The notes under the pieces were generated by a model. That model saw only the letters and a program-made list of their open reading frames with translations, did no database searches and had not been told where the DNA came from. The translations under genes were made by a program, and so were the position numbers. Of a DNA stretch of 64,000 nt, positions 20,774 through 32,463 are shown in pieces (within the stretch, counting starts at the first letter, position 1; each line of letters opens with the position of its first letter). Location: positions 558,001 to 622,000 of the forward strand of contig CBFDEM010000030.1 of NCBI GenBank assembly GCA_965603825.1, written 5' to 3'. This DNA is from Blepharisma stoltei ATCC 30299. Lineage: Eukaryota; Protista; Ciliophora.

Positions 20774-22579
20774 ATGGCATTTTATCATAAATGCATAAGA
20801 TTCAGCTCTTTTTTGCCATACAAACCAAACCTTTTTCTCATTAGCAAACGATCATTTACAAATGAAATATTAAAGCAAAAAGTAAATATTGATAATATTG
20901 ATAGAATGCTATTCAGTATAAAACAATCTCATAATTTTGCATATGTGGCCAATGAATTCAAGGAAATTTTGGATCACAATAGACTTGATCATAAACAGCT
21001 CGTGTATGCCACTTATATAGCTCATATAAATTATAAGAACAATCAAGAATTTATGCAAGTAGCTTTGAAAAAAATAGAAAATGAGCTAGCAGAGAAAATT
21101 AATGAGTTCCCTTATGATTCCAGGTGCACCATTATAAGAAATTTAATGGAAGCGACTAAAAAAGGATATAATTTATCAAACAAGGAGCTAGGAAAAGCTA
21201 TTTTGGCTTCAATTTTTATTGAAAAAGATAAACCAAAATATTCGAAATTATTGTTCAGTGTGGCTTTAATGACACATAATTTTGAGGCTCTAGGTCTTGA
21301 TTATAAAAGTAAATTCAAAGAGCTTGAACCATTGCTAACCCCTGAATTTCTTGATAAATTATGTTTGAAAGATTTATCGATTCTCCTTTCTGCTTTCAAG
21401 CTTTATTACCAAAAAATCTTTCATATTGGCTATCGTATTGTAAACCCTATGCCACTCTTCGAAAACTCTGAAAAAATCATCTTAAAATCCATTACAAACA
21501 CAACAAATGCCAACGATTTATACTGAATCCTTTTTAGTTACATTTCCCTCAACACAGGCACAGAAGATTTTATTCGGCATTTAGAAAGCCTTATTCTTCC
21601 AAGACTGCACGAATTAACACAATTTAACTTCAATGGCTTTCCTTTTCTATATAAACTCCGATATTCCTCAGACCAGAAATACATAATATACGTGATATGA
21701 AAAGCTTATTATGAAGAATTGATTAATAGATTTCCTAAATTATCTGCAAAGGATATGTCAGTAGTAATATACCGCATGTGGTGGTCTTCAAGTTTGCATG
21801 GGTTTTATTGTGACTCACGGCTAATTTCACTATTACAAAATTTTTTAAATGAAGAAAGATTTATACTTTCTTTGCCTGAAAGAGATGGATATGAGCTTGT
21901 CACAAATATTTCTGCATTTTTGACACATGCTGCGTTTATGGACGACGAAAATGTTGTATCGAGAATTTCTGATCTACTTATTAAATTACAAAAAGGAGCC
22001 ACAGATAAACTTGTAATGTCGTCGACTAATATAATGTCTAGGCACTTGAATGTCCCCAATCGCTTTTGGGACATTTTTCTAGAGAGATTTCCGAGCGTTT
22101 CTCGAGCTGGTTCTCATGAAAATGACTGCTATTTGTTCTCAATTTATTTAAATGTGACATTAAATAATGCTGAAATGAAAGGAAAATTTGAAGAAATTTT
22201 CAAGCCGATATTGCCAAGAATCATCAGAAATTGGAAAGATTCTTCGACAGATAGCGTATCTAGCAAAAAACAGGGCTACCTTCATAAAATTGTGGAGGAT
22301 ATTTTGAAAAAAAATGAGATTAAGTATGAAAAGGAATTTTATGATGACTATTATATTGATTTAGCTTTGCCTGATTATAAGCTAGCGATAGAAATAGAAG
22401 GGCCGAATCATTATATTTATCCAGCAACAAAGATTAATGGAAAAACTTTAAATAAAATTAGGAATTTAGAGAAAAAAGGGTGGAGGGTCTTGCAGTTAGC
22501 ATTTTATCATTATAGGGAGTACAATATAGAGCAGATGATAAAAGAATGCGTTCGTGTATGCTCTCCAATCAAGTTTTAA
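20774..22579 (+). CDS. RAP-domain (FASTK-like) organellar RNA-binding protein (601 aa; TGA=Trp at 21524 and 21698)
   Basis: Two same-frame ORFs joined via two TGAs; C-terminal IDLA....KLAIEIEGPNHY..GKT..KIRNLEKKGWRV; basic, acid-free N-terminus resembling a mitochondrial presequence. Confidence 0.82.
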
Positions 22580-23497
22580 TGAATTATCCTTTTCTAACTT
22601 TGGCTTTTTTAAGTAAATTTTTGCTGCATGAAATGTTGAAGTTCATGACTTTATTGTATTAAATAGTTTAACGTTGAAAAAAGCCATTATAATAGCATTT
22701 TAAGTCGCAATCCAAATTAATTTGTTTAAATATGCCTTTATCATAGAATTTTTCAGCGCGTTTAATTCTCCTCCCAAATTAGCATCTTTTCCACTCATAT
22801 TTCATTTTTTAAATATCTGTTTTTTACTAATTTCGATACATAGGAATAATTGACTTTTAAGATCATTGAAAATATAATATGCTGTTTATCATTCCGACTC
22901 TGAAAAAGAGACTCTCATTGAAGTAATCTAACAAAATCTGCCTTAAAAATCTTAATAGCAGAGGCTGAAATTTCTTTATTGGGTCGTCAAATATTAAAAA
23001 TTATGTTTCTGGTATCAAATAGCTTGTAGCAATTAAGAGAAATATTTGGGTAATCAAAGCAGGGGCTATTTGAAAATCAATAGTACGAGTGCGTTTTGAT
23101 TAAATGCAAAGGCTATAATAGGGAATTAAGTAAATGAAATTTTAATTCACTAATGTCTGGAAAAACTGAACATTCACATTTCACAATAAGTTCCTGCTAC
23201 TTTACCAGGTTTAATTGATTTTCTCATGCACCATCACTTTTCACTTAATTTCGAGCTTCCAATTAGCACATTTCTTAGCAAAGCTCCTCATCATCACTTT
23301 ATATTCTCTTCTTTCAATCAGAAATTAGCTTCCATTCTTCATTTTCTATCCAAAATTTCTCACATATTATTTATAATTTTCAATTTCAGCAGATTTCTAT
23401 TTTAAATTAAACAGTTATTATATGATCATCCTATACAGGCTGATTTTTCTAATGATATTTACATCTACATCTTATAAAACTAATTATAGAAAGTTAT

Positions 23498-23818
23498 TTA
23501 ATCAAAAGCTCGCTGAACTGCTTCATCCATGCTGCTGCACTGTTGCGAAATTGTATACGCCTTTTCACGATCTACACCCATTTCAAGAAGGGAATTAAAA
23601 ATTTGTTCATTTTGCTTTGGGATTTCATGATTATTAGGCACTATTGGCTCTCTTTCTCTAGGTTTCTCTTCAGGTGCAGCATTTTTTGGTTCTAATATAA
23701 GAGTGTATGAAGCGTCAAGTTCTACTAATTCGTGGATGAGTTTTACTGCATTTTCTATTTCTCCTTGAGAGATAGCTTTTCCTAAATTCTCTCCTAGTTG
23801 TTCGTAGTTATGTTCCAT
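23498..23818 (-). CDS. Small protein with C-terminal UBA-like domain (106 aa)
   Basis: First ATG 23818; C-terminal LLEMGVDREKA..SMDEAV fits a UBA pattern. Confidence 0.7.
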   Translation of the reverse strand: MEHNYEQLGENLGKAISQGEIENAVKLIHELVELDASYTLILEPKNAAPEEKPREREPIVPNNHEIPKQNEQIFNSLLEMGVDREKAYTISQQCSSMDEAVQRAFD

Positions 23819-23930
23819 TTTATAAGAAATGAATAATGGGTAATTATATTTTTCCAAATAAATCCTTTTTTCAGCTATTAAAAAATAAAATATTCTTTTT
23901 AGACTTAACTTTTTTTACTTCTTAAACTAC

Positions 23931-25400
23931 TTAGTTCGTTTTCATTTCTTTAAGATCAGAGGCCACAATAAATGAACACTCGGTATTTGCCTTAATGTGA
24001 TCCACAGTCACACCATTAGCAACTTCTACCAGAGTAATTCCTCCTTCTCGTTTGAAATCGAACACTCCAAGTTCAGTTATCAGCATGCTCACAACTTGTT
24101 TTCCAGTCAGCGGCAATGTACATTTATTCAATAATTTAGGACCTTCTTTAGTCTTATGCTCCATTGTGACGATACACCTAGTAGGGGAAGATACCAAGTC
24201 CATAGCGCCACCCATGCCTTTTACCATTTTTCCTGGGACAATCCAATTGGCGAGGTCTCCATCCTTTGACACTTGTAAAGCTCCTAAAATGCTTAAATGG
24301 ATATGACCACCTCTGATCATAGCAAAGCTGTCTGAGCTGTGGAATAAAGAAGCCCCTTTTATAAGGGTCACAGTTTCTTTTCCTGCATTAATAAAATCAG
24401 CATCTTCTTCACCTGGTCTTGGGTATGGGCCCATTCCCAAAATCCCGTTTTCACTTTGCAAATAAATTTTAATGCCTTGTGGTAAGAAATTAGGGACTAA
24501 AGTTGGCATACCAATACCAAGGTTCACAAACATGCCATTTTTAAGTTCTTGGGCAGCTCTCCGAATAATTCTTTCTCTGAGAACTTTGGCTTCTCCTTTG
24601 CCAGGGACTTGTATTTCAGCTCCAGTATTAAGGGTTCTCCTTTCAATTGGCTTTAAATAAGTTGGTCCTTTTATGATACGGTGAACATAGACAGCTGGGG
24701 TATGGATTTCTGATGGGGCGATTTCTCCTGGCTCGACTAATTCTTCCACTTCTGCAATTGTGAGCTTTCCTGCCATGGCACAAAGAGGGTTGAAGTTCAT
24801 AGCTGACCCTCGGTAGACAAGGTTGCCTAGTTTGTCGCCTTTCCACGCTTTGACGAGGGCGTAGTCTGTTGTGATTGATTTTTCGAGGATATAGTTTTTG
24901 CCGTTAAACTCACGTGTTTCACGAGGCTCAGAAGCAACTTCCACTCCGCTGCCACCTGGTTTATATTTGATAGGGAAACCACCGTTGCCGATCACAGTGC
25001 CGTATCCTGCTGGGGTGTAAAATGCAGGAATTCCAGCACCACCAGCCCTTAACTTTTCTGCTAGTGTTCCTTGTGGCGTAATTTCAAGCTCCAGCTGGCC
25101 TGATATATACTCTTTTTCAAAAAAGGCATTTTCTCCTACGTAAGAAGCCACGACTCTTCTAACTTGCTTCTTTTCAAGCAGCTGAGCAAGACCATACCCG
25201 TCAACAGCACAGTTATTTGAGACCAAGGTTAAGTTATTCAAGTTTAAATCAGCCAAAGCCTTGATAAGGTTTTCAGGGACTCCTGAATTTCCAAAGCCAC
25301 CTACAGCTAAGGAAGCTCCAGATTGGATCCCTTCTACGGCTTCTGACACGCTTGAACAAATTTTTGCAGCGAAGTTTCGTCTGGCAAAGCGTGCAAGCAT
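23931..25400 (-). CDS. OXCT1: Mitochondrial succinyl-CoA:3-ketoacid CoA-transferase (SCOT)
   Basis: [50 protein letters not shown]; presequence [10 protein letters not shown]. Confidence 0.95.
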   Translation of the reverse strand: MLARFARRNFAAKICSSVSEAVEGIQSGASLAVGGFGNSGVPENLIKALADLNLNNLTLVSNNCAVDGYGLAQLLEKKQVRRVVASYVGENAFFEKEYISGQLELEITPQGTLAEKLRAGGAGIPAFYTPAGYGTVIGNGGFPIKYKPGGSGVEVASEPRETREFNGKNYILEKSITTDYALVKAWKGDKLGNLVYRGSAMNFNPLCAMAGKLTIAEVEELVEPGEIAPSEIHTPAVYVHRIIKGPTYLKPIERRTLNTGAEIQVPGKGEAKVLRERIIRRAAQELKNGMFVNLGIGMPTLVPNFLPQGIKIYLQSENGILGMGPYPRPGEEDADFINAGKETVTLIKGASLFHSSDSFAMIRGGHIHLSILGALQVSKDGDLANWIVPGKMVKGMGGAMDLVSSPTRCIVTMEHKTKEGPKLLNKCTLPLTGKQVVSMLITELGVFDFKREGGITLVEVANGVTVDHIKANTECSFIVASDLKEMKTN

Positions 25401-25961
25401 TTTTATATTCTAAGAATGGATAATAATATGAAAAATAGGCCAACAATTGTATGCACCGGATTTTGCATTAGTAGTTATTGACTAGGATAATGAAATAGGC
25501 TTTTATTTAAAATAGGTAAAAAAATAGCATAAAGGCTGATAAAAGCGATGAATGTCTTGAGTATTTTAAATTAATTTATTCTAAAATAAAATCAAGCACT
25601 TAGTTAAATGAAACAATATAAGTAGCTTCAATCCGATTGCTGGACAACTCTATTTAGGAAGAAAGCACTTTTATGACTTTCCCCAATTTTAAGCCATACA
25701 CTCTTACACTCAAAGCAAGGCTAGATAAGGTTATGGTTTATGCTAAGAAAATAAAAGAGCATCTAATCTACCTCCTAAGACCTCTCCAGAATATTTTCAG
25801 TCCCTAAGCCAAGTTCTCAGCTCAAGCAAGGATAAACTCTTTTATTTCTCCTGATCAGGCTCTTATGGATCAAGATATTCAGATAACTCTAGAATATTTT
25901 TGAAGCCAAATGAATAAGCAGACATTTCACCATAGCTTACTTATAATAGATAGCGGTAAAA

Positions 25962-26900
25962 ATGCCTAAACGTAAGCGCGCGAATGATGAGGGATATGGA
26001 AGGAAAAGACAATTTTTAGGAAGGTAACCATCATTTAGAGTTGCAAATAGAAGCAAGGTCAAGAAAGTCGAGCTGCTCAACCTTGGCGCCTTTGTCCATA
26101 AACAAGGTTGGTACAACGCTGGCTACATTTTCCCTAATGGCTACACAGCCAATGTCGAATACAAAGACATAATCGACCCAAATATCAAGATCCCTTATCT
26201 CTGCGAAATTATAGATAACGGTGGTAAGCCTTGGTTTCAAGTCACTTCTAATACAGTCAACACCACTTTTGCCGGGAAATCTCCTACAGCCTGCTGGAAG
26301 CAAATTTTAGATTGCATCAATGAAACTCTCAGATCAAGAAATCAGCCAGTGGTCAAAACTCAGGTGGCAGGCCCAGAGTACTTTGGATTAAACGACCCAA
26401 AGATAGTTGAACAAATAGAAAGCCTCGACCCTACCAAGTCTTGCGATGTGTACTGGGCTGAAAAAGAAAATATCCTTAAGGCAAGAGAATTATATGAAAA
26501 TGTCCACCCAAAATCAGACAAAAAATGCAGGAAAAGGAGAAAAGAAGACGAAGAAGACGTCCGGCTAAACGAAGACGACAATAAAGAAAACTATAGAGGA
26601 GCCTGGTCTGCGATCCAGAGAAATGAAAGATATATTCAAAGATGTGAAAAAATGGGAGCAGAAGTCCTGGTAGAAAGTGATAACCCATTGCCGGAGTATC
26701 AAGATCCTATTACTTTACAGCCGGTAATAGCGCCTGCGCTGTCACCATATGGGCATGTGGCTGGGTATTATTCGTGGACACAGGCTTTGAAAGAGACTAA
26801 TGGGTACTGCCCATTCACAAAACTGCCACTATCAATTGAATCCATCACGAAGCTAACAAAGCAAAATTTCAGTCTTTATAAAGACCATATACTTTATTAA
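25962..26900 (+). CDS. FYRN/FYRC-domain protein with C-terminal U-box-like domain (307 aa; one 15-nt intron)
   Basis: ATG 25962 (MPKRKR..); after intron 26024-26038 reads LLNLG..GWYNAGYIFPNGY..YLCEI.D.GGKPWF (FYRN), GKSPTACWKQIL..GPEYFGL (FYRC), then YQDPITL..P..SPYGH..CPFTKLPL (U-box-like). Confidence 0.82.
26024..26038 (+). other. 15-nt spliceosomal intron GTAACCATCATTTAG
   Basis: AG|GT..TAG, A at position 10, removes an in-frame TAA between the ATG and the FYRN domain. Confidence 0.85.
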
Positions 26901-26938
26901 TTAAACTCGTTTTACTAGTAAAAATATAATAAAACTGT

Positions 26939-27697
26939 TTATCTGATATAAATTTGTAGCCCAGAAATCCCCCAGCTTTTCTCACATGGCTGCTGTTCTA
27001 AGGTTGAGCCAAAAGAAATTATCACGCTGCTGTCAGAATGGTCAATTTTTATATCAACTGCGATTGAAAATTTTCCTTCACCTACATCATCTTCTCCACA
27101 GATATTCATAGGGTCTTTTGAGGAGTTTACATCATAAGACTGGGTCCAGACAGTCTCCATGTCATCAGATGACCCAATTTTTAAATAAGCAGTTTCGCCA
27201 CGCCATTCATCTATCATATGGTAATTTGCTTTAACTCTTAACTGTGAATGCTCTGGCAGGTCTTTAAACTCTTTCCACGATTCTCCAGCTGAAAACTGAC
27301 AGTAACCTCCTAGCATTCTGACGCCTCCACATTCAGTAATGGTTTGGTTGCTCCATCCTTCCCCTTCGACTCCTTCAAAAGCATCATAATGAGTCAGTGC
27401 CCACTGGTCTACATTTGTAAGGATCAATTTACCTCCAAAAGTCAATGAGGCTTCTGTCAAAACACTGACCCCAAAATGAGTTTTTCTGTTGTCATCGAAG
27501 TAAAGAGGTGCATAGTCACGACAAATAAGCCCAAATGGATATGTTGAATTGAAAACGCCTAAGCGACAATTTCCATCACCGTTTATTAGCTTGATTCCTG
27601 CATTTCCTTCAATAGTTAGCTCTTGTGGCTCTAGAAGGTATGAGTAGAGCTCGGAAGCTAACGATAAGCTTAATAAGGTAAATAGATAAAATTTCAT
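26939..27697 (-). CDS. Secreted cysteine-containing, probably beta-rich protein (252 aa)
   Basis: Signal peptide MKFYLFTLLSLSLA; CGG..MLGGYC, LPEH..LRV, IDEW.GE, NICG and SWGIS motifs. Confidence 0.8.
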   Translation of the reverse strand: MKFYLFTLLSLSLASELYSYLLEPQELTIEGNAGIKLINGDGNCRLGVFNSTYPFGLICRDYAPLYFDDNRKTHFGVSVLTEASLTFGGKLILTNVDQWALTHYDAFEGVEGEGWSNQTITECGGVRMLGGYCQFSAGESWKEFKDLPEHSQLRVKANYHMIDEWRGETAYLKIGSSDDMETVWTQSYDVNSSKDPMNICGEDDVGEGKFSIAVDIKIDHSDSSVIISFGSTLEQQPCEKSWGISGLQIYIR

Positions 27698-27801
27698 ATA
27701 TAAATGAAAAACGAATAGGATTTTTTGACTGAGACTTTTTATGCAAAATTAAGGTTTCAATAATAAAATTATTATTTTCAAAGATCATTATAGCCATTTG
27801 G

Positions 27802-28605
27802 CTATTTTTTCATCAATAAAAGTCTAGAAAACTGTTTTTTCAAGTTTGAAAGCTCATCTTGCTTCTTTTTTACTTCGTCTCGAATATTCATAGTAAGTCT
27901 TTTTACTTTTCTCCTTCTTCTAACTGTATTTTTTTCAGCTGCAGGGCTCACACATGCAGTTGCCGATTTTTTATGTATTTTTTGTTGATTTTTGCTTATA
28001 GGCGATATCAGTCCGTCTTCGACTTTTTTCATTTCGCTTTTCTTTCACTGTATTGGGGACGTATAATATGTATGATTATAAAGGATTTTATCCAAATTTT
28101 TTGATACTAAATAATTCAAGTGTCTAGCATGGTCATGCTTATAATCAGGACTTTGAAGTGTTTCTATATAATCTGACGCAAATGTTGCGCTTTGCTTGTT
28201 TTTAAACCCAAACTCTCGTTTGCTCTGCTTTAGAGCATTTCTTATATCTGAATCGTATAGCATTGATGTGTAAATGTATTTTTTCTTCCCAGGATCATTA
28301 TCTTGTAAAAGACTTAAAATGTATTTTTCGCGTTGGATTCGCTGGAAATCGTTAAGTTCGTGTTTTTTCTTATAAATCATCTGTTTACCTGCTAGGTATT
28401 CTTGCGATTGAGTGAAATGTGGTCTTTTCAGTCTTGAGAAATTGTCGATATTTCTAACTAACCTTTTCATTCTTGTGTTTGTTTCTTTAATTTTTGATAA
28501 GCAATTATTGATATCTAAATCAATATCTCTGAATTCGCAATTGTCAGGGCTTAAGGAATCTTTTTCACTTGGAGTTGTTCTTATTAGCAGCTTTTTATGG
28601 TCCAT
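27802..28605 (-). CDS. Basic hypothetical protein (267 aa; TGA=Trp at 28045)
   Basis: ORFs 28045..28605 and 27802..28032 are in one frame across a TGA; ends TAG. Confidence 0.72.
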
Positions 28606-29245
28606 GATATTTTTATAAAAAACATTTGTGCTGAAAATATTATTATACTGAAGAAATACCTGGTATTTAGGCTTTTCGGTCTCATAGTATTAATATATTT
28701 TATTTGTTTTTTTATAATTCTCTGATCTGCATCTAATTTATATTATTCGTATCCATTAGTATCCAAATTATCCAGTAAAAGAAGCAATTTCTTTAACTTC
28801 TATGTATATAATATTTTCCTCATTTTATTATAATATATAATAAATTTTGTTTAGATAGATTTAAGGTTATTATACTTATGCTAATATATTTATAACGATG
28901 GTATTTTCGTAGGCTTAATTTCAAGAATATATTTCACTATGCGTAGCTAATTTCATATTTAATATTCAAGACATCTTAAAGAGAATCAGATTGCATCATA
29001 ATAAAATATGAGGCATTTTTCTGCTAAGGAATCAACAGTGTTAATTTTCTAAAAAATAGGAGTATGAAACTCTAAAACCATTGCAAATTTTCCATTTAAA
29101 TGACCTACAATTTTTAATTTGCTCTATATACCTTTTAACTTTTTTTATATAGGAAAACTCCTATATTTTGCTTATATCTAGATCAATACTGCGATCGTAA
29201 CTTAAACAAATAATATTCCTTAATAATTAAATTTATTAAAAACAT

Positions 29246-29731
29246 ATGAGTAGCTTCACTATGGTTTATTATCATATCCCTGAAGATTATGATGATCCAG
29301 AACAGCCAAACGCATTTGGAATTCCTAAAAGCATAGAGGAAATAACTCTCACTGATATCAAAAAAGCTTTTCCGGTTGAAGGTAGTTACCACTTCAGATT
29401 TAAAACATCTCACAACAAAGCGATTATTTGGATGGATTTAAGCCATGAAGACTGCAAAGTTCCATTATATATGAACAGAATTATTACAAAAGTCACAAGA
29501 ATAAGCTGGGAAAGCCAGCCTCAGCATTCTCCTAAACGACAGGATTCATTTAACCAGCAAATTCCAAGACAAGAGCCATTCTCTCAACAGATTCCTCAAA
29601 AGCCAGTACAACCTCAGTCTCCTCCACCTAAGGTGTCACCTTCATTGAATATATTTGAGCCAGAGCCAGCCAGTCAGCATGTTAACAGGAAACCAAATGA
29701 AGCTCAATTTGATTTTTTATTCCCAAGCTAA
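29246..29731 (+). CDS. DIX-domain protein (161 aa)
   Basis: T.VYYHI.ED..P, ITL.DIK..FP..GSYHFRFK, WMDL....KVP....I..KV is the DIX/DIX-like pattern; P/Q-rich tail. Confidence 0.8.
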   Translation: MSSFTMVYYHIPEDYDDPEQPNAFGIPKSIEEITLTDIKKAFPVEGSYHFRFKTSHNKAIIWMDLSHEDCKVPLYMNRIITKVTRISWESQPQHSPKRQDSFNQQIPRQEPFSQQIPQKPVQPQSPPPKVSPSLNIFEPEPASQHVNRKPNEAQFDFLFPS

Positions 29732-29789
29732 TCCAAAAAAAAATTTAATAAAATTCAATAAAAGAAAGAAATAGCGCTATAATTTTAAT

Positions 29790-30140
29790 ATGGGATGCTA
29801 TTGTTCAGGGGAAGATCGACATAGTGATTTTCATGGTTGTGTAAACCCTTTTGTTCAGGTGGTTAATGACCAAATTAAAGAATATGATGTAATTATATAT
29901 TCAAAATCGAAAGATGAAAAGTCCTTTGAAGCGAAAAACTTATTGCGAAAATATTCCATTGCATTTGAGTACTTTGAACTTGACAAATTAAACGATGATA
30001 ACCAAGTCCACTGTGTTTTAGTAGAGTTAACAGAAAAAAGGCACCCTCCTTATATATTTATCAATGGGAAATTTTGGGGAGGCATAGTTGAGCTACAAAA
30101 AGGGTTAGAATCAGGAGAAATCAAAGCATTATTAGCATAA
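29790..30140 (+). CDS. Glutaredoxin-fold protein lacking the CxxC/S active site, predicted N-acylated
   Basis: VIIYSKS..AK.LL, FELD, PYIFINGKFWGG..EL Grx motifs; active-site position reads DEKS; N-terminus MGCYC. Confidence 0.8.
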   Translation: MGCYCSGEDRHSDFHGCVNPFVQVVNDQIKEYDVIIYSKSKDEKSFEAKNLLRKYSIAFEYFELDKLNDDNQVHCVLVELTEKRHPPYIFINGKFWGGIVELQKGLESGEIKALLA

Positions 30141-30184
30141 GTATTTTAAATTCTTATAATTTTACATGAAAGTAATAATTTAAA

Positions 30185-31384
30185 ATGGATTTCGATAATA
30201 GAGACAATATCTGGGAAGAGCTTTTGCAGCACAAAGCAGACCTAGTTCAATCATTTAATAAATCAAACTGCTGCAAAATATGCTTGTGCTTAGAACTTTT
30301 GAAATTTTCAGTATGCCAAGAAGGCTGCTACCCTCAGGGTGTTGAAGATTCTCTTTTGATTTCCCGGCTTCTTGACGGAATTTTAGACAGAAACTCTATA
30401 TCTCGCATATCTGAATCTTTACAGACTCATTTTTCCAATATTTCATCTACAATTTCCTCACAAGCTAAGCTTGAAGAATTAGAATCCTCCTTAAAAAAAT
30501 GCTCTGAAGAATTTCACGCTATTTCAGTCCTAGATCTCCCATCCCAGCTTGATAAAATCAAGAAAAATCTCGCAAATTCTGAAAATATCCCTCCAATTTC
30601 TCTAGAATGCACCCAAAAATTAGAAGAATTAGAAAAAAGATTAGCCCAGTACGAAGAAAGCCTTAATAATTTGACTAGAGAAAACGCAGAATTAAAATCA
30701 AAAATCCAAAGAGCAACAACATTATATGAGACTTGGATGAAAAGAAGGAAAAATGAAATAGTTTCAGAGTATATGCAGATTAGGGATGAACAAGACAGGC
30801 TAAGGAATTATTTGCATGGGGTAAAAGAGCAAATTGAGAAAAATTCAGAAAGCATTGAGAAGCTCAAAAGAGAATGCATAAGACCAGAAACTAAAACTCA
30901 ATTAGAAGAAATTATAAAAGAATACCAGAATTACAAAGACATTTGGAATCAGCAAAAAATCTCGTTTGACACTTCTATGTCCTCGATAAAAAAGCTTTCA
31001 AATGGCGCCCAGGAGTCTTTAAAAGATCTAGACCAAACATGAAAAGAAATCCAATTTATTAAAGCAAGGCAAGATAACTTAAAAAAGTGGCAAAAAGAGT
31101 GCAAAGAAATTTCAAAGCATTCTGATAATTTACTAGTAGCTGCAGATTCAGTGTTTTCAAGCCAGCAAGAATTCAAGGATTTCCAGCAGAATATTTTAGA
31201 AAAACTAGATAATTTGAGATCTGAAGTAGAAGCTATGAAAGGGCAGCGAGAAATATATAGACCGAATTACTATGAAAGAAACGTAGATGAGGATTATTTT
31301 CATAATGGAAGTTTAATTGGGAATTCGTGGACTTGCTGCAAAAGGGATCAATATTCACAAGGCTGCCAAAAACGCCAAAGATAA
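30185..31384 (+). CDS. Coiled-coil protein with C-terminal BTK-type zinc motif (399 aa; TGA=Trp at 31040)
   Basis: Same-frame ORFs joined by TGA; FHNG.....WTCC.......GC at the C-terminus. Confidence 0.75.
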
Positions 31385-31434
31385 TAATGATTAATTTATT
31401 GATTTTTTATATTTTCTTAAATTTTAGAATTTAA

Positions 31435-32463
31435 ATGGAAGTTTCAAATCTTTATGACCTTTTAGGAATTGCAAGAACTGCCTCACAAGAAGAAGTAAAA
31501 AAAGGATATAGAAAATCATGCTTAGTCCATCATCCTGACAAAGGTGGAGATCCAGAAATGTTTAAGGATATATCAAAAGCATTTGAAACTTTGTCAGATC
31601 CGAGAAAAAGGGCTTTATATGACCAACAGCTGGATAGGACAAATTCTTCTGATGGGGCAAATCCACAGCCAAGATCTGATAAGCGCCAAGCTACAAAAAA
31701 ACAAAAAACACAGCCTGGCCCTCCACAGTCTGAATCTGGCCCAAGCGAAATTCCGCAAAATCCTGAAAATTTATCTGTAAAAGAGCTTAAAAGCTTATTA
31801 AGCTCACTTGGCATAAGGCATGATGACTGTGTAGAAAAAGCTGAACTTTTGCAGAGACTGAGGGAAAGAAAAAACAAAGCCAAACGAAAAACTGCTACAA
31901 ACCCATCATCCATCAGCCAATTAGCTATAAAAATCCTTAGCATTGGTGATCCAGAATGTGGTAAATCTTGTATAATTAAAAGATACTGTGAAGGAAGATT
32001 TGTGAATCGTTATATTTCTACTATTGGTGTCGACTATGGTGTCAAAAAACTTACAATACAAAATGTAAAAGTCGCTATTAATTTTTTTGATTTATCTGGG
32101 CAGCAGGATTACGAAGAAATAAGGAGAGATTTTTATAGAGACTCCCAAGGAGTTTTACTAGTTTTTGAACTAAATGACAAAAACACGTTTAATAATTTGA
32201 CAAGATGGGAAAGAGAAGCCAGAAGCAATGGACTTAACTTGCAAGAAGTCGATGTAGTCGTGTGTGGGAATAAAGTAGATTTAAATGGAAGAGAAGTTAC
32301 AGCTCAAGAAGCAAATAAATGAAGCTCGAGCAGAGGGTATAAATATTTCGATGTAAGTGCTAATAATGGACAAGGGATTTCTGAAGCTTTAGATTCATTG
32401 TTTGCAAGTGTAGTTTCAAGGAATTTGAGGAATAGAGAATCACTGCTGTCAAGTTTAATATAA
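31435..32463 (+). CDS. RJL-family (DNAJC27/RBJ-like) GTPase with N-terminal J domain and SAP/LEM-like helical module (342 aa; TGA=Trp at 32320)
   Basis: HPDKGGD J domain; LSVKELK..L..LGI...CVEKAEL; G...CGKSCIIKRYCEGRFV..YI.TIGVDYGVK and FFDLSG RJL signatures; reading through TGA supplies YFDVSA (G5) and a TAA at 32461. Confidence 0.9.

Noticed and set aside
25670-25920. Short coding-like segments upstream of the FYR gene
   Set aside because: Only a 44-codon ORF and a shifted fragment, with no recognisable motif.
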